DNA from: Octopus vulgaris
Taxonomy: Eukaryota
Reading direction: 5' to 3'
Assembly (NCBI GenBank): GCA_951406725.2
Contig: OX597816.1
Location: 50,468,001-50,532,000 of the forward strand
DNA length: 64,000 nt
Made by a program: the position numbers and the translations under genes. Below the pieces are notes generated by a model. It was given only the letters and a program-made list of their open reading frames with translations. It was not told the DNA's origin and did not search any database. Of the stretch, positions 40,534 through 54,369 are shown piece after piece. Numbering within the stretch: position 1 is the stretch's first letter; each line of letters opens with the position of its first letter.

Positions 40534-41831
40534 TCTTAAGTTCACCATTTCGTAAATCGCAGCAGCCTCCGAGCTTCACCACTAATTTTGATCTCAACTA
40601 AATTCCAAACTGTTAATAGTTTTAAAGAAAAGCAGTTGGCATAAATAATTTGAGATTTGGTTCAGCAAAAAACAGTTACACCAAAATATGTCAGATCTCA
40701 AGTAGGCAGCAAGGCAGATATTCATCTTCAATTAACATAAAACTTTTAATTTTTAATTAAAAGTATACTTTCCTCAGGTTTAAATGATAGAAAAATGCAC
40801 GAGGAATTCAGAATCGGTAGTCGCATTGAACAAACATCACTAGAAAAACAGTTATGAGGTAAAATGTTACGAAATATAATTTAAGAATTAACGCATACGC
40901 AATAAGAATAATATATTTCTAAAATAAATGTTCACATTCAAAGGCGGCGAGCTGGAAGAAACATTAGACATGCATCATGAACGAATGTCTACATCACTAT
41001 ATATGCTTTTGTGTGTGTCATTTGGTACCTGAAATTTCACTCGGTTACGCATTCATCAGATACATAGATAAGACACTCTGCTTATTAGAAATTATGAACA
41101 GCAAAAGGATAAACATTTTTCTCATCTTGAAATATATTCAAATGTTTTATCATAAACCTATTCCTTCCAAGATTTCCAACATTGTTGTAGATAGTTTATT
41201 AGTACTATATTAGATGATGCATCTTAAATTAACACGAAACAGAAATACCCTGCTTGGCGGAAATCACGTTGTAATTATTCAGATCACAATATATTTATAA
41301 CTTTTTTACTATTTCCGCTCACAAAATATTTGCGAAATTAATTAAATATATTTTCAACAAGAAAAATAACTACACGCATTTTGTCGTTATGTTCGCCTAA
41401 TTATAATTTGTGAGAAAAATAATTTTATTCCTTAATTTTTCGAAATTTTAATTTCAAATACTAAGCGAACATTTCTGCATATGTTTTCTTTTTCTGTAAG
41501 TTTCAACATTCAACATGATATTTGCCTTTCGCTTGAAAAATAAAATTTTTTAAAATATGTGAAATACTAGGTCATTGAGTATATGAAATATAATCTCAGC
41601 GTTAACTTAGATTAATTGAAAAATATTTGAGAGGCTTCCTGCTCCTTACACACGATTGCAAAGCATCTGATCAATAACAACAATATCAAGAACAATGTGT
41701 AAGATTACGGATAGCACAGCTTGCACATAGTGATAAATTAAGCTGTTCTACAATGAAAGGGTCAAAGCATTTATAGCTAACGGTGGAAATTAATTCGTTC
41801 TGGCATAATTAGCACAAACATAGAACTTTTG

Positions 41832-41891
<60 letters not shown>

Positions 41892-44404
41892 GGGAGAGAG
41901 AGAGAGAAGAGGTGAAGGGAGTTCATTAGTTAAATGGAAGAAGTTCCGGGGTATATGCTCGGCGTCATACTTAGTGAATTTGCTAGTTGATAAAAGTGAT
42001 GACTAAATGATAATACTTCATGGCAATAATCAGTATTTCAGTGCTTGTAATGGGATTAATCAATGGCAACAAGTAAAAAACAAAAAAACAAAAAATATGA
42101 ATCTTGTACGAAAACAAATTGTAACGTTTAGACTGGCCTTCGTAAGCGAAGTTTCGCTTTTACGTACTTCTGTTATTCTATATGTTTTATTTTTCTCAGA
42201 AGAAAATAGGTTACGTAATCAAATAGAGTGATATGAAGATATACAATAGGACTTCGCTAGAGTTGCTACTTCCTGCGTAGTGTAGCTGAATTTCAATATC
42301 CTTACCATTATACAAAGTGTGCTAAAAAATTCTTGGATTTGGGTAAAAAAAAAATACAGGAGGATCAGTTAACTAAAATTGTATTCAATATATACCCTCT
42401 CAGGTTCACACATTGCAGTAACTTGACTGACGTAAGAAGACATCGAATGACCCATCCTTTTTTCCTGTTCCTCTAATTGTTGATTTTCCTGTCCACCTTT
42501 GTATCGTCTATCTGTCCGAATGTTTTATTGTCCTTTATTCTGTTTTTCTTCCATTTTTTAATATTTATATAGCAAGCGTACGCACACTTTTGCTCACTTT
42601 ATATGTACATATACATATATAATTTTTAATAATTTTATCTATACCTTATAGATGACTGTTTTATTCTTTTTATTCACTATGAATTTACTTTATATTTATC
42701 TTTCGTCAACCGTCTGTATTTCTATTTTATTGTTCTAGTTTTAATTGTTTTACTTTATCCCTAATCACATTCTGATCAATCTGTAAGCCCTTTACCCGAG
42801 TATATTTTAATATCAGACATAAACCGTAAAATCTAGTCTGCTGAACTGTATTGATAGGCCCAGATATAATATTGCAAGTTACATTTTCCCCTCTGATGAA
42901 ATTATGCCCATGTCACATAAATGCAAATTTAATCCAGAAATGTGTAATTAAATTACTTAGTATTAATTGTAACGGCTGTAAGAAGCGAAGATGACCAGTT
43001 TGTTAAAAATAAACAATTGTTAACGTTTTTATCATCATTTTCTTTTCTTCTTTGACTGCACACGCACATATATGCTTGTACGTACGTTAATATGTTTGTA
43101 TGCATGGATGTATGCATATATATGTGTGCATGTGTTCGTGTGTGTCAATATCAGCATGCAGTAAAAAGTGGTTCATTTAAAATGCGCTACGGTTTTTTTG
43201 CCTGAGTAAATTATCTTCCTTTTTTCGATTTTGTGTCTTTACTACCCAAGCAGTATGAGGACATCAATATTGGAGTCAATGTAATCACCTACAATCACTA
43301 AAATCACGGTCTCAGTCCACTACTTGAAACTAATAGAAGTTGTGCAGATGTTTTAAGCATAAGAAAACAAAAGCATGATATCCTCAAAAGAAGAAAACTA
43401 GTATCAGATGATTTTTTTAAAGATCAATATAAATATGTTTTGTTTAATATATTAAGCTTAAACATTTGTTTACACGTAATTTCTTATTTAGCGTTATACT
43501 CTAATTATATTTATTCATTTATTTACTATTGCTTCAATTATGTAAGTTCCAATCTTCTGATCTTTTGTTTTATAATTCGCCTGTTTTTCTATTTTCTTTT
43601 CTTTTTTTTTTTTTTGGTTTCGTTTAAAACTCATCGTTATTCACCAAACAGACATAAACAGTCGTCTAATGAGAGTTTTAAGCTAAACAGACACGTAAAA
43701 CAATTCTATTGAAACTGAAACAACAAGCTAATAAAGCCCCTTTCTTAATGCTCTTAATCTCATTAATTACTTGAATTCGTATTGTTTTTCTTTGCTTTTA
43801 TTTGGATTCTTGTAAAATAATCAAGAGCTGCGGGTTTTTGTTTGTTTTTTCTAACAGCGTTTTATGTAGTTTCTTCACCACGCATTGTACTACCGCTACA
43901 AAGCAGCAGCAGCAGTAGCGGTAGCAGTAGCAGTAGCAGCAGCAGTAGTAGTAGTAGTAGTATAGTAGTAAATGATTTATGTTTACACTCCGGTTAGATT
44001 TGATCGATGCTGTGATTGACGCACACGGTATCAATCAGTTCAACTAAGTTGAATCAGAGTTCAAGCGAAGTTTATTCCTCTCTGAATATACATTTTCCTA
44101 TTCATTTATCTATATTTCATCCATAAATGCAGACTTTTAGATAGTTAATAATTTGCCTTAGGTCATCCTACTTGCAGCAAGCATCTGAACAAAGCCATTT
44201 CGTGTAAGGCACCTCGTCTATTTCTCGCAAACGATGCTTCTCTATTATTCACGAACGCTGTGCCTCTAGGGCTACGTAAAGTACCATGCGTTTCTAAAAT
44301 TATAATTAAAAGCTACAGAAACTGATACTAAAGTTGGGTGTTTTGAATAATATACTATTTCTATGTTTTTGAGGGTTTTTTTTTCCTTTTTTGGTTTTTG
44401 TATT

Positions 44405-44790
44405 TAATCTTTCTCCTTTTCCTTGTTTCAGTCATGACTATGGTCATGCTGGGGCACCATTTTGGAGAATTTTTGCTTACCGAATCAACCTCAAAGCTGA
44501 TTTTCGTGTTCAAGCCTGGGGCATAAGTTATCTGTTTCTTTTGCTGATCCGCTAAGCAACACTGGTTGTCAGACAGTGATGGGAGATAAACACAGACACA
44601 ATCACACACGCGCACATACACACACACGCACACACGCACACATGGATGTATATATAAATATACAACAGGCTACTTTCAATTTCTGTCTACCAAATCCACG
44701 CATAAGACTTTCAGTTGAAGACACTTTCTCAGGCTGCCAAACAGTAGGACTTGTTACCAAGCCGTGTAGATAGGAAGCAACACTCTTAGC
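44405..44790 (-). mobile_element. SINE family B, old copy
   Basis: CTTGTTTCAGTCATGACTATGGTCATGCTGGGGCACC ... TTTCTGTCTACCAAATCCAC. Confidence 0.7.
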
Positions 44791-45912
44791 TCAGAACCAA
44801 ATCTTTAATTAATTTCTGTATATTTCATTTCTGCTTTACCTTAATAATTCGACAGCCTCTGTAACTTCCCATGGGAAGTTAACGCTATTATAATGTCTTT
44901 TCTTTAAGAAATATTATTAATGCCCAAATTCTCGAATCTGTTCACATGAGATCGGAACTTATCTGTGTTTCGCTGGCATTTTGCTGAAAATGACTATAAG
45001 TATTATTGCCTATAGTCAGGTCGCCAGCCCGTCGCGATGGTTATCTCGTAGATGTTACTGGAACAACACAAAACGAACTCCTTTGCTCAAGGACACTAGC
45101 GCGTCTTTCAAATTCGTGATTCGAACACATGTGTTAATGCTTGTGTTCTGCATACTCTGACCAACAGGATCTCAACCACCTTTGATTAATATTTTATTCT
45201 GCTGGATCATCATAGCCATTCGATATTTAAAAACTAGATTTCTAGAAACTTCTTTCAAGATTCCTATTTTGTTTTCCAGACATTAACATATGTAGGTTGA
45301 GTGATGTAAAAAGGTAGATAGAAAAAAATAGTAATTGTTTCTTGAAATGCCTGCCAATACATACATCGAAAGCAAACTCTTTTCAGAGGCCTTTAAAATA
45401 CTGTTCTGGATCGGCAATTTACAATTTTCTTGCGTAGGCCACCCAAAATTTTATATAGACCGTGTTTCAGAACCTCTGCTCTAATCTAATTCCCTGTCTG
45501 TGTGTTAATGCACTGGTAATTATATATTTGGTCTTCTGTATAAAATAACGTCGTATAAATTTATAATCCTTAATTTAGGATTATCTAAAACTACACTATA
45601 AAAGCAGATGTTCACTGTTTAACATTTTATAGATAAATTTGAAGGCAATTCGGTTGCTTTTACTTGCAAAACTAGCAACAAAATAGCCGTTCACTTCTTC
45701 GCTTACTTCCTAAATGCAAAGTACAAATCAGAAAAGAGCTCTACTATAATCGACTCTACCATGTTCAAAGCATCATCATTTTCTACTATTTTCTTTCTTT
45801 TAGAACGCACGCGAATTGCTGGAACTTTGAAACATAATTATTCTTAAAATGTGGGTTACTTTACGCACTACCGAAGTAGTACACGCACACACACACATAA
45901 ATATATACACAC

Positions 45913-45943
<31 letters not shown>

Positions 45944-46552
45944 TGCATGTATATATACATGAATATAAGCATACGTGTGTGTATGTATGTATACATTCAA
46001 ATATATATATATATGTATGTGTGTGTGTAAACACACATATGATGTGTAAACACAACTACACTCTAGCACATGTATACGCGTGCATACGAACGGCGAACAG
46101 TAGTCATTTAGCTTCTAGAATATCCGATTAAAAATAAAATGAAAGCATTTTATTTATTACACTTAATTAGAAATGAAATGAATAAAAATAAGCAGAGATA
46201 AAATATTTCATGCATAGCTTCCCGGGGTAAGATGAAAATACTACAAGAACTTTATCACATTCAAATTAATTACCGCTGAATTATGCTTTGATGAGGGAAA
46301 TGAGAGACGCAATTATATACGAGAACTGTGTTTTCTTTATAGGCTTGCCCGGTTAAGATGACGTTTAATCATGTATCCAGATCTAAACTGAGCCGAAATA
46401 ATTCAATATTGTTTATAAAGCGGGAAGTAATGAGTGTGAAGATTTAGTAGAACGCCAGAATAAAAAAAAAATGTTTTAACAGTTTTAGTGTAGTTATTTT
46501 ACCCGGAATTGCAGTGAAGCTGCTACCATCCTTTCTGTATAAAAGTCTAGAG

Positions 46553-46885
46553 CAGTGGTCAGACTTTTTTTAGTTTAATGTCAGAATTTTTGCGGTCTAC
46601 TCAACAAAATATTACTATGGAGATCCACAATAGCATTTTAAGTGACCCCGAAAAAATTAGTGTTAAATGTGGGCAACGATATGTATTGCAAGATACAGTT
46701 AGGTTTCTTTCTCTGACATTTTGCCTCGTTCAACCTACAGAAGTTAATGTGTGGAAAACATAACTGGAATTTTGAAAAAGGTTTCTGCAAAATTAGTTAT
46801 TAAACATCGAATATCTCTGGGTGTCCACCTGAACAAAATAGTAATCAAACGGATCCGTAGATGAAAAATGTTTGAGAACCCCTTG
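46553..46885. mobile_element. Possible hAT/Charlie-like MITE remnant
   Basis: Ends CAGTGGTC... and ...TTTGAGAACCCCT, preceded by GTCTAGAG. TIR and TSD are imperfect. Confidence 0.4.
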
Positions 46886-48649
46886 GCTGGACTATAAAAG
46901 ACCAGAATAAGAAAGAAGAATTTAGTATAGAAGGAAAATAGTCATAATATATAAGGGATAATGCAATGTAGTAATATGGGCTTTATTGGTACACTAAAAC
47001 AAAAGAATTCGTAAAATTGGGGAAACATTCTAAGGCAGATCAACAGTTCTATTTAAAAACGGGACAAGTCTCTACCGAACTGTTATTCCTAGAAGCTGAT
47101 TGAATGTCTTCTACGTTAAAATTATCTGTTCTGTGTTAAAATTAAGTGATTAGTGGCTTAGATTTTTAGAGTTGTGTACCGGTGAATATCGAGGCAATAG
47201 TCAATTTAGTATATTATTAGTATACTAATAATATACTAATAATACAGCTCCATATATACATAGATACACAGGATCATGCACATGTACATACACATATACA
47301 TTTATTTATCTACATTTAGATATATAACTATATATATATACATATATATACATATATACATATCTATATATACATATATATATATATATACACATATGCA
47401 TACATATATATATGTATGCATATGTATGTATATATATATATATAATGAATGTATGTGTATATATTTATATGCATGTTTATTTATATATTACGCATATATC
47501 CATATACTGGTCTGTCAAACACGAACTTTGACCAGTGAGAATAAATCAATATCGCCTTTGCTATAATTCTTCCACATTGATTTCTATGTATTTTATTTAC
47601 ATGAAAATTGTATAGAAATGGTAAAAATAAAAACCTAACTCAAATGATATTAGTTGCAAAATAGCAAGTTCAGAAGTTGTTATAGACTAACGCCCAATTA
47701 ACGCCTAACGTAAACCATGATTATTGACAGTGATGTCACAAAGTGACGTTACAAATAGAATTAAATGTGTATTTAGGACTGAAGCTATCACCAAATCAAT
47801 AAGTTGTGCCCTAGTTTGTGTCAAAGTGTCATTCAAAATCTTCTCTGAATAAATTATTTCCCTGGGGTGCAATCCTAAGATAAAAACGAACGAACAATTG
47901 AGTGTGAATGTTTAAGTTTTTGATTTTATTGTTGATTTACTGTAATTTGGTACAAAATAAGTTTACAAATTATTTCAGTTAATTGAGTTTCGCTAAGACA
48001 ATTATTTGAATGCCTGTGTAATGTTTAACACATACGCAGGTGGAGGCATGTAGAACGTGTTATCAAATGCCCCCAGAAGAATGAAATAGAAGTTATTCAA
48101 TACAACAGGGGCTGAATTTAGAGTGAACAAAGAATAAATCGAAAATGTATAATGAATATATTGCTGGGTTTTGGTAATCGACGATGCTTTATTCCCTTGA
48201 GATAATTCACATGATAGTGTTATACCACTTTATGGAGATAAAATACGTTTCGAGCTAAAGAACTAAGGTATGCATATAAATTACTCTGTTCTGTTCCAAA
48301 AGATACTTATCTACGCTATTCAAATACATACCTACATAGGCCAGAAATGTTTTCAACTCATTTTGAATACTACTAAATCACGTAGATGTTGGGGATAATT
48401 TTGGACTATTGTCGTGCTGATAATGCCTATACAGGGCTGTCCTTTTATATACAGACTAAAACTTATCAATTTCCTTAATGATATCTCAGTTTTGACGAAT
48501 TCTTGATTTTTAAGCTGACCTGCTCTTCACATTGCTATTTGGTAATCATGACACGTAGACTAGAGATGGAGTTAATTTTAATAAACCACGAATTATTGCT
48601 GTATATTTTATATAACACTGTTTTATATATATATTTATATATATATACG

Positions 48650-48724
<75 letters not shown>

Positions 48725-48726
<2 letters not shown>

Positions 48727-48945
48727 TACTATAAAATGTGACCGCGTGTGTACCGTTGGCGACTTTTTTCCCCCGTCTTCCCTTCTCTGGATCTTTCCTT
48801 TTCCTATGTTTCTGACGAAGAGCTCCGCTCGAAACGTAAAACCCTCCTTCTTCCTTTCCTTCCTGAGCGTCCAATAATACTATATTTGTTCCACGTCCTC
48901 GCGTTGTTGTGTTTTCTCTTTGTGATTTCATGTTTGGATTAACTT

Positions 48946-48946
<1 letters not shown>
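48725..48946 (+). mobile_element. Short (TA)n-flanked ORF-less module carrying a minimal hammerhead
   Basis: A 220-bp non-microsatellite island between two (TA)n tracts. Related to 12394-12568. Confidence 0.75.
48808..48842 (+). ncRNA. Minimal type I hammerhead ribozyme (Penelope pLTR-type)
   Basis: GUUU-CUGACGA-A-GAGC-UCC-GCUC-GAAAC-GUA-AAAC. Stem I GUUU/AAAC, stem II GAGC/GCUC, stem III reduced to palindrome ACGU. Confidence 0.85.
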
Positions 48947-49016
<70 letters not shown>

Positions 49017-49865
49017 ATGTGTGTGTGTGTGCGGGTGTGTTTGTGTGTAGGACGAGGCTTAATCATCATTCTAATTTGCTATATATGTTCAAAACAGAAT
49101 TGTGTAGGGGAAGGAATACATGAAATGAGTTATGAATTAGGACCTGTGGTTATTCCGTCTCTAATGCACAGCTGAAAAAATATTTCTTCAGTCATCATTC
49201 CATACAAAGAGTATATGTTTAACGAAATTTTCTCATATAGAAATTTTCAACACATTTGGATCTAAAAATTTCGTGATTTATATAATATCTAGAAATTTCG
49301 TAAAATATTTAAATATTGAAACAAATGTTTTGTTTAATACAAAGCCATTTGTTACCGAATTTCATTTATGTATTGGGAATTTAATATTTCCTCTTATTAC
49401 ACAGACTTACAAGCAGTATCGTGGTGAAGTATTATCAAAATTGGTTTTTAATGTCTAACCATAGAACCACAGTAACGCCCATGACATTTTTCATAGTCTC
49501 CGTGGCTGGTAGAAAAGAGGACGGAAATAAAACCGAGTAAACGAAAGATTTCTTTAAAATATTATACGTTGAAACGTTCCCTCAATATTTTCTTTCTAAT
49601 ACAAATTTGTAGAAAACTTTTCGGACATGTTCAGGTGTATAAATAGAAATTAAATATGTGTATCTCATGAGTATTGCCTCAGAACTTAAGAAGTTTTCAG
49701 GTAGGTGTGAGATATTTAAATAAATAAGAAAAAAATGGCTTTTGCAACTGTAGATGTAATGTTACAAAATAAACGAACTGATTAAATTAACAGGTTATCC
49801 AATCTTCCGGGAAAACGTACCGACTAATCAGAGGCTGCACTGAATAACTGAAGAATTAATTTCAA

Positions 49866-49922
<57 letters not shown>

Positions 49923-50986
49923 CTAAATGTCTGCCGTAAACAAGTTACCGTCTACTTATAGAAAGAAAACCAAGCAACGATTTTTAGCGACTCTTAAGGA
50001 AAGGGGAGATAATTTAAAAACTGAAAATTAATTTTTCCAAGTTGAATTGAATGCCAGTAGAAAATTATGTACGTTCATGACCGGAAACGCAGTAGCAAAC
50101 CCTGCTGTTTCTAAAATAATTACCACGCTTGATTATTTAAATGAAAGTAGTTCATATTCTACCTGCTAGAAACATTAAGTTAGTTTCTTGAACTATATTG
50201 TATTTCCATAAATGTAAATATATTAGTGTTTCTCTTTACTCATTTGTTCCTGAAATTTATGATACAAAATACTGCATATACCTTACTACTTCCAGAAATA
50301 GGCATTCTTTATTCAACACTTCTTTTGTAATGACATTAAGCATACAAAAACAGCATGTAAATTAACACCTTGCGTTATGATTTATATATCAACTTTGACC
50401 GACGGGTTCTGCATAAGATTATAAATAACTGTTTTGTTTTTGTTGTTTTTTTTTGGCTGTTAAAGGTAACCAAACGTAAATCATAAATACACAGGACGGG
50501 ATGTGATATGAAAATAAAACAAATCACGTACTTTTAGAAAAAAAGGAAAACTGAAAGCGTAAACGAAATGCAGAGAAATCGGGGAATAAGCAGTGGCATT
50601 GAAACAAATATTAAAAGAGGAACTGTGAAATAGTAATTTAAAGCAAAGGATGGTGGGAAAGACATAGAGGGAGAGAGAGTGGGACAGTGTGTGTGTGTGT
50701 GTGCTTGTATGTCTATGTGCATGTGTGTGTGTGTGCGTGAGAGAGAGAGAGAGAGGGAGAGAGTGATAAAGAACAAAAAGAGACAACACGAATGTTGTTA
50801 AACAGAATCCTGAATACACAGTAGGCTGGTAAATTGTGTACTTAACACTACGTTAGTGATTGAATACTGTATTTATGTACGTGTGTGTGTGAGAGAGAGA
50901 GAGATCAGTGGTACCCAACTTGTTCGCAACCCTTTTATTTAAATGTGTTTTCCGACGGACCCCTTTTAATATACTTATGTACGTAA

Positions 50987-51020
<34 letters not shown>

Positions 51021-51053
51021 TTTATTTAAAAGCAGCAGAAACTTCAACAAAAC

Positions 51054-51091
51054 CTGTTACTCTGAGTTTCACGTTCCCGTTCGTCGGACAG
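51054..51091 (-). ncRNA. Minimal hammerhead-like motif (U4C core variant)
   Basis: CUGU-CCGACGA-ACG-GGAA-CGU-GAAA-CUC-A-GAG-UA-ACAG. Confidence 0.65.
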
Positions 51092-51106
51092 TTTTTCTAG
51101 CAAAAA

Positions 51107-51144
51107 CTGTCCGACGAACGGGAACCTGAAACTCAGAGTAACAG
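51107..51144 (+). ncRNA. Minimal hammerhead-like motif (U4C core variant, stem II mismatch)
   Basis: CUGU-CCGACGA-ACG-GGAA-CCU-GAAA-CUC-A-GAG-UA-ACAG. Confidence 0.6.
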
Positions 51145-51247
51145 GTTTTGTTGAATTTTCTGCTGCTTTTAAATAAAGCATATTACTCTACCACTGGTAT
51201 TTGAGTACTCTTTTTTCCACCTTGTTTCACATTTATGTGTTTACTCC

Positions 51248-51291
<44 letters not shown>

Positions 51292-51476
51292 TAGATATAT
51301 GGGGGAAAAAAAAATATATATATATATATATATGTTTGTGTGTATAAGTATATATATATAAATATATATGTATATATTTATATGTATATATATATATATA
51401 TATATATGTATATACATATATAAATATATATATATATGTCTATATATATATGTATGTATAAGTATATATATATGTA

Positions 51477-51517
<41 letters not shown>

Positions 51518-51550
51518 GTTTATATATATATATATATATATATTTATGTT

Positions 51551-51581
<31 letters not shown>

Positions 51582-51619
51582 GTTTATATATATATGTTAA
51601 TATATATATGTATATATAT

Positions 51620-51878
51620 GTAGGCGGAAACTGATAAAAGCCCGACGTATGTGTGTGTGTTGGTGTATCTGTGTTTGTCACTCCACCATCGCTTGATAAC
51701 CGATGTTGGTGTGTTTACGTCCCAGTAAATTAGCGGTTCGGTATAAGAGACCGACAGAATAAGTACTAGGCTTACAAAGAGTAAGACCTGGGGGTCAATT
51801 AGTTTGACGAAAGACGGTGCTTCAGCATATCTGGTGTCAAATAACTGAAACAAATAACAGAATAGAAGAATACAAGAA
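51620..51878 (+). mobile_element. SINE family B, 5'-truncated
   Basis: GGAAACTGATAAAAGCCCG ... GGTGTGTTTACGTCCC ... TAAGTACTAGGCTTACAAAGA. Confidence 0.82.
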
Positions 51879-52355
51879 TATGTATCATGAACATGAGCAT
51901 CGCATTTCTCGCTTCAAGAACAACTAAACATTAATAGTTTAAACAAGTTTTAAATTTAGCGACCCGACAGAAATATGCTGCTTGTTTTTTTACACAGTTT
52001 AGCCAAGAAAACAACATAATTATTTTTATAAAAGCAATTGAATTTGATGACTAAGAAATATGATCAACGATCCGAAACAGAAGCAATTCCCATGACAACC
52101 TTAAGTAGGTATAGACATAGAAATTTATAAAAATGAAAATGAAATACAAATAATTATGGTAAGCAAAATACAAGCAACCACTAGAATGACGAAGCCGTGA
52201 AACCTAACTGGCCTAAAACCTAACGTAAAGCAATATAACAAATCGAAGGTAGAATTCAACAAATGAAATAAATAACCACAGAAAATACAGTAGTAAAAGC
52301 AATCCAACGGTCAATGTTTAATAGAAAGCAGAGAGAAAATGAGCGAAACATCAGG

Positions 52356-52401
<46 letters not shown>

Positions 52402-52514
52402 GTAAGACAAGTTCTCGCCTGATGATCACTGTCGCAGAAGACTCGAATCTAGATAATATATAATATAAAAGAATGTAACGTAATATTATATAATATAAAC
52501 TCTCTCTCTTTCTT

Positions 52515-52560
<46 letters not shown>

Positions 52561-52572
52561 TATATATATATA

Positions 52573-52954
52573 TGTAAAAAATTCAAACTGGGACAAGAAC
52601 GCAAAACATTTAGAAGACGATACAAGAAACACGGACGGGACATTCGAAGCCTTCAATCTTCAGTCAAGAACCGGATCATCCTAGCAATTTCGGCTGATTA
52701 ATCTTGAGATTGCTCCAATCTGGCCAGACCCAAGGCAAATCTCAGCTAAACGCATTAGATTCCTTGGAAGAAAGCTTCGAATGTATACAAAACAAAGACG
52801 GAAAAACGTACGATGTTACACGAATATGAATACAAAAAATTCGTAAAGAGGATGATCCGGTTCTTGACTGAAGATTGAATGCTTCGAATGTCCCGACCGT
52901 GTTTTTTGTATCGTCTTCTAACTTTTGCGTTCTTGTCCCTGTTTGTATTTGTTT

Positions 52955-52957
<3 letters not shown>
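52573..52957. mobile_element. Microsatellite-flanked element with ~110-bp inverted arms and ~165-bp spacer
   Basis: 52573-52682 is inverted at 52849-52957 with several mismatches. Confidence 0.85.
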
Positions 52958-53042
<85 letters not shown>

Positions 53043-53221
53043 CGGCGTACGTACCCTTTGTCTTATATATATATGTTATTCAAGAGTACTTTGAATACAC
53101 ATAGGTTGGTATATTGCGTACTTAATACTATATTTGTGATTGCATACTGTATTTATGCATATATGTACGTATATTTGTGTTTATGTATGCATGAATGTAT
53201 GGTTGTGTGTATGTATGCATG

Positions 53222-53273
<52 letters not shown>

Positions 53274-53948
53274 CGTGTATGTGTGCTTGTGTGTGTGTGT
53301 GTATGCATATGTACCTGATAAAATGTTATTGTAAATAACATAATGATACCTAAATACAAATATCATATGTCTTACGGAAATGGGCACCAAACATGTATAT
53401 ATCATGCAAGTAGTAGTATGAATATTCCACAAACAAACAAGAATAGCAGCCTGAAGGTTATCTCTTCTTTTCAGAATAACGACATTGAGATATATCATTA
53501 AAACTTCATTGGAAGTGAAATTGCTGCGCCTACTCGCACTTGCCCTAAAAATAAGCCACTCAGCTGACCAATATGAAGTGACAGAGTAAGATGTGTGTCA
53601 CCAAATGTGATGCAACCACTACCTGTTTATCCCATATCTGTTCTCTTAGGGATCACCTACCTACATAGTCATCTCATACATCGTACAGGTTGCTTGAAAC
53701 ACTCAGATCGAAGGCTGCACCTTACACATAGTTGTTTCACCTCAAATTGTAACCCCGTTTCTATCAACTTCGCTGATCCTGGTAGTTATGTCGCACCACA
53801 ATACTTTAAATGGAGTATTAACGGCTTTAATTTCACCAGCCTACAAGGACTGTATTCGGCTTTTGTTTTCCCAGACATATGTATTCATACAAATATAGAT
53901 AAATTAGAAATATACATACAAAAGTTTTGCATAATTTAAAAATCATTG

Positions 53949-53986
<38 letters not shown>

Positions 53987-53999
53987 GTGTGTGTGTGTA

Positions 54000-54218
54000 A
54001 ATAGTTGATCGTTAGCAAGGAAAGACACGCATATAAGAAAGAAGAAAGCAAAGGACCACTGATGAGGCCACAGAAGTGTGACGAAAGGACTCTGGCCGGA
54101 AGAATACGATTAATGTAAAAAATAAAATAAAACTGAAGCAAATTAACACCAAATATAGAGTGCGTGTGTTTTTATTGGTTAAAATGTCAACATGACCATC
54201 CCTAAATACAACAATATA
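54000..54218 (+). mobile_element. HHR module, same family as 37365-37682
   Basis: AAAGGACCACTGATG..GTGTGACGAAAG..CTGAAGCAAA..ACACCAAATATA..GTGCGTGTGTTTTTATTGG is shared with the reverse complement of 37410-37640. Confidence 0.8.
54056..54095 (+). ncRNA. Minimal type I hammerhead ribozyme
   Basis: CCA-CUGAUGA-G-GCCAC-AGAAGU-GUGAC-GAAA-G-GA-C-UC-UGG. CUC triplet, one stem II mismatch. Confidence 0.72.
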
Positions 54219-54275
54219 CTAATACATTTGTTTGTTTTGTACACCAATTGTCTTCGTCTTTTGTTTTTTTCATAA

Positions 54276-54337
<62 letters not shown>

Positions 54338-54369
54338 CGTTATGTAAATTTTGTAAAGTACCAAAGCAT

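Larger units (their letters stand above)
51020..51249. mobile_element. (TA)n-flanked module with near-perfect palindrome (77-bp arms, 5-bp spacer) carrying an HHR motif in each arm
   Basis: Arms 51020-51096 and 51102-51178, 2 mismatches, spacer CTAGC. Confidence 0.92.

Noticed and set aside
42890-42950. CTGATGAA..CCAGAAA decayed hammerhead-like segment
   Set aside because: Stems I and III cannot be formed. At best a dead remnant, so not counted.
52415-52455. CCTGATGATCAC..GACTCGAATC
   Set aside because: Lacks GAAA and paired stems.
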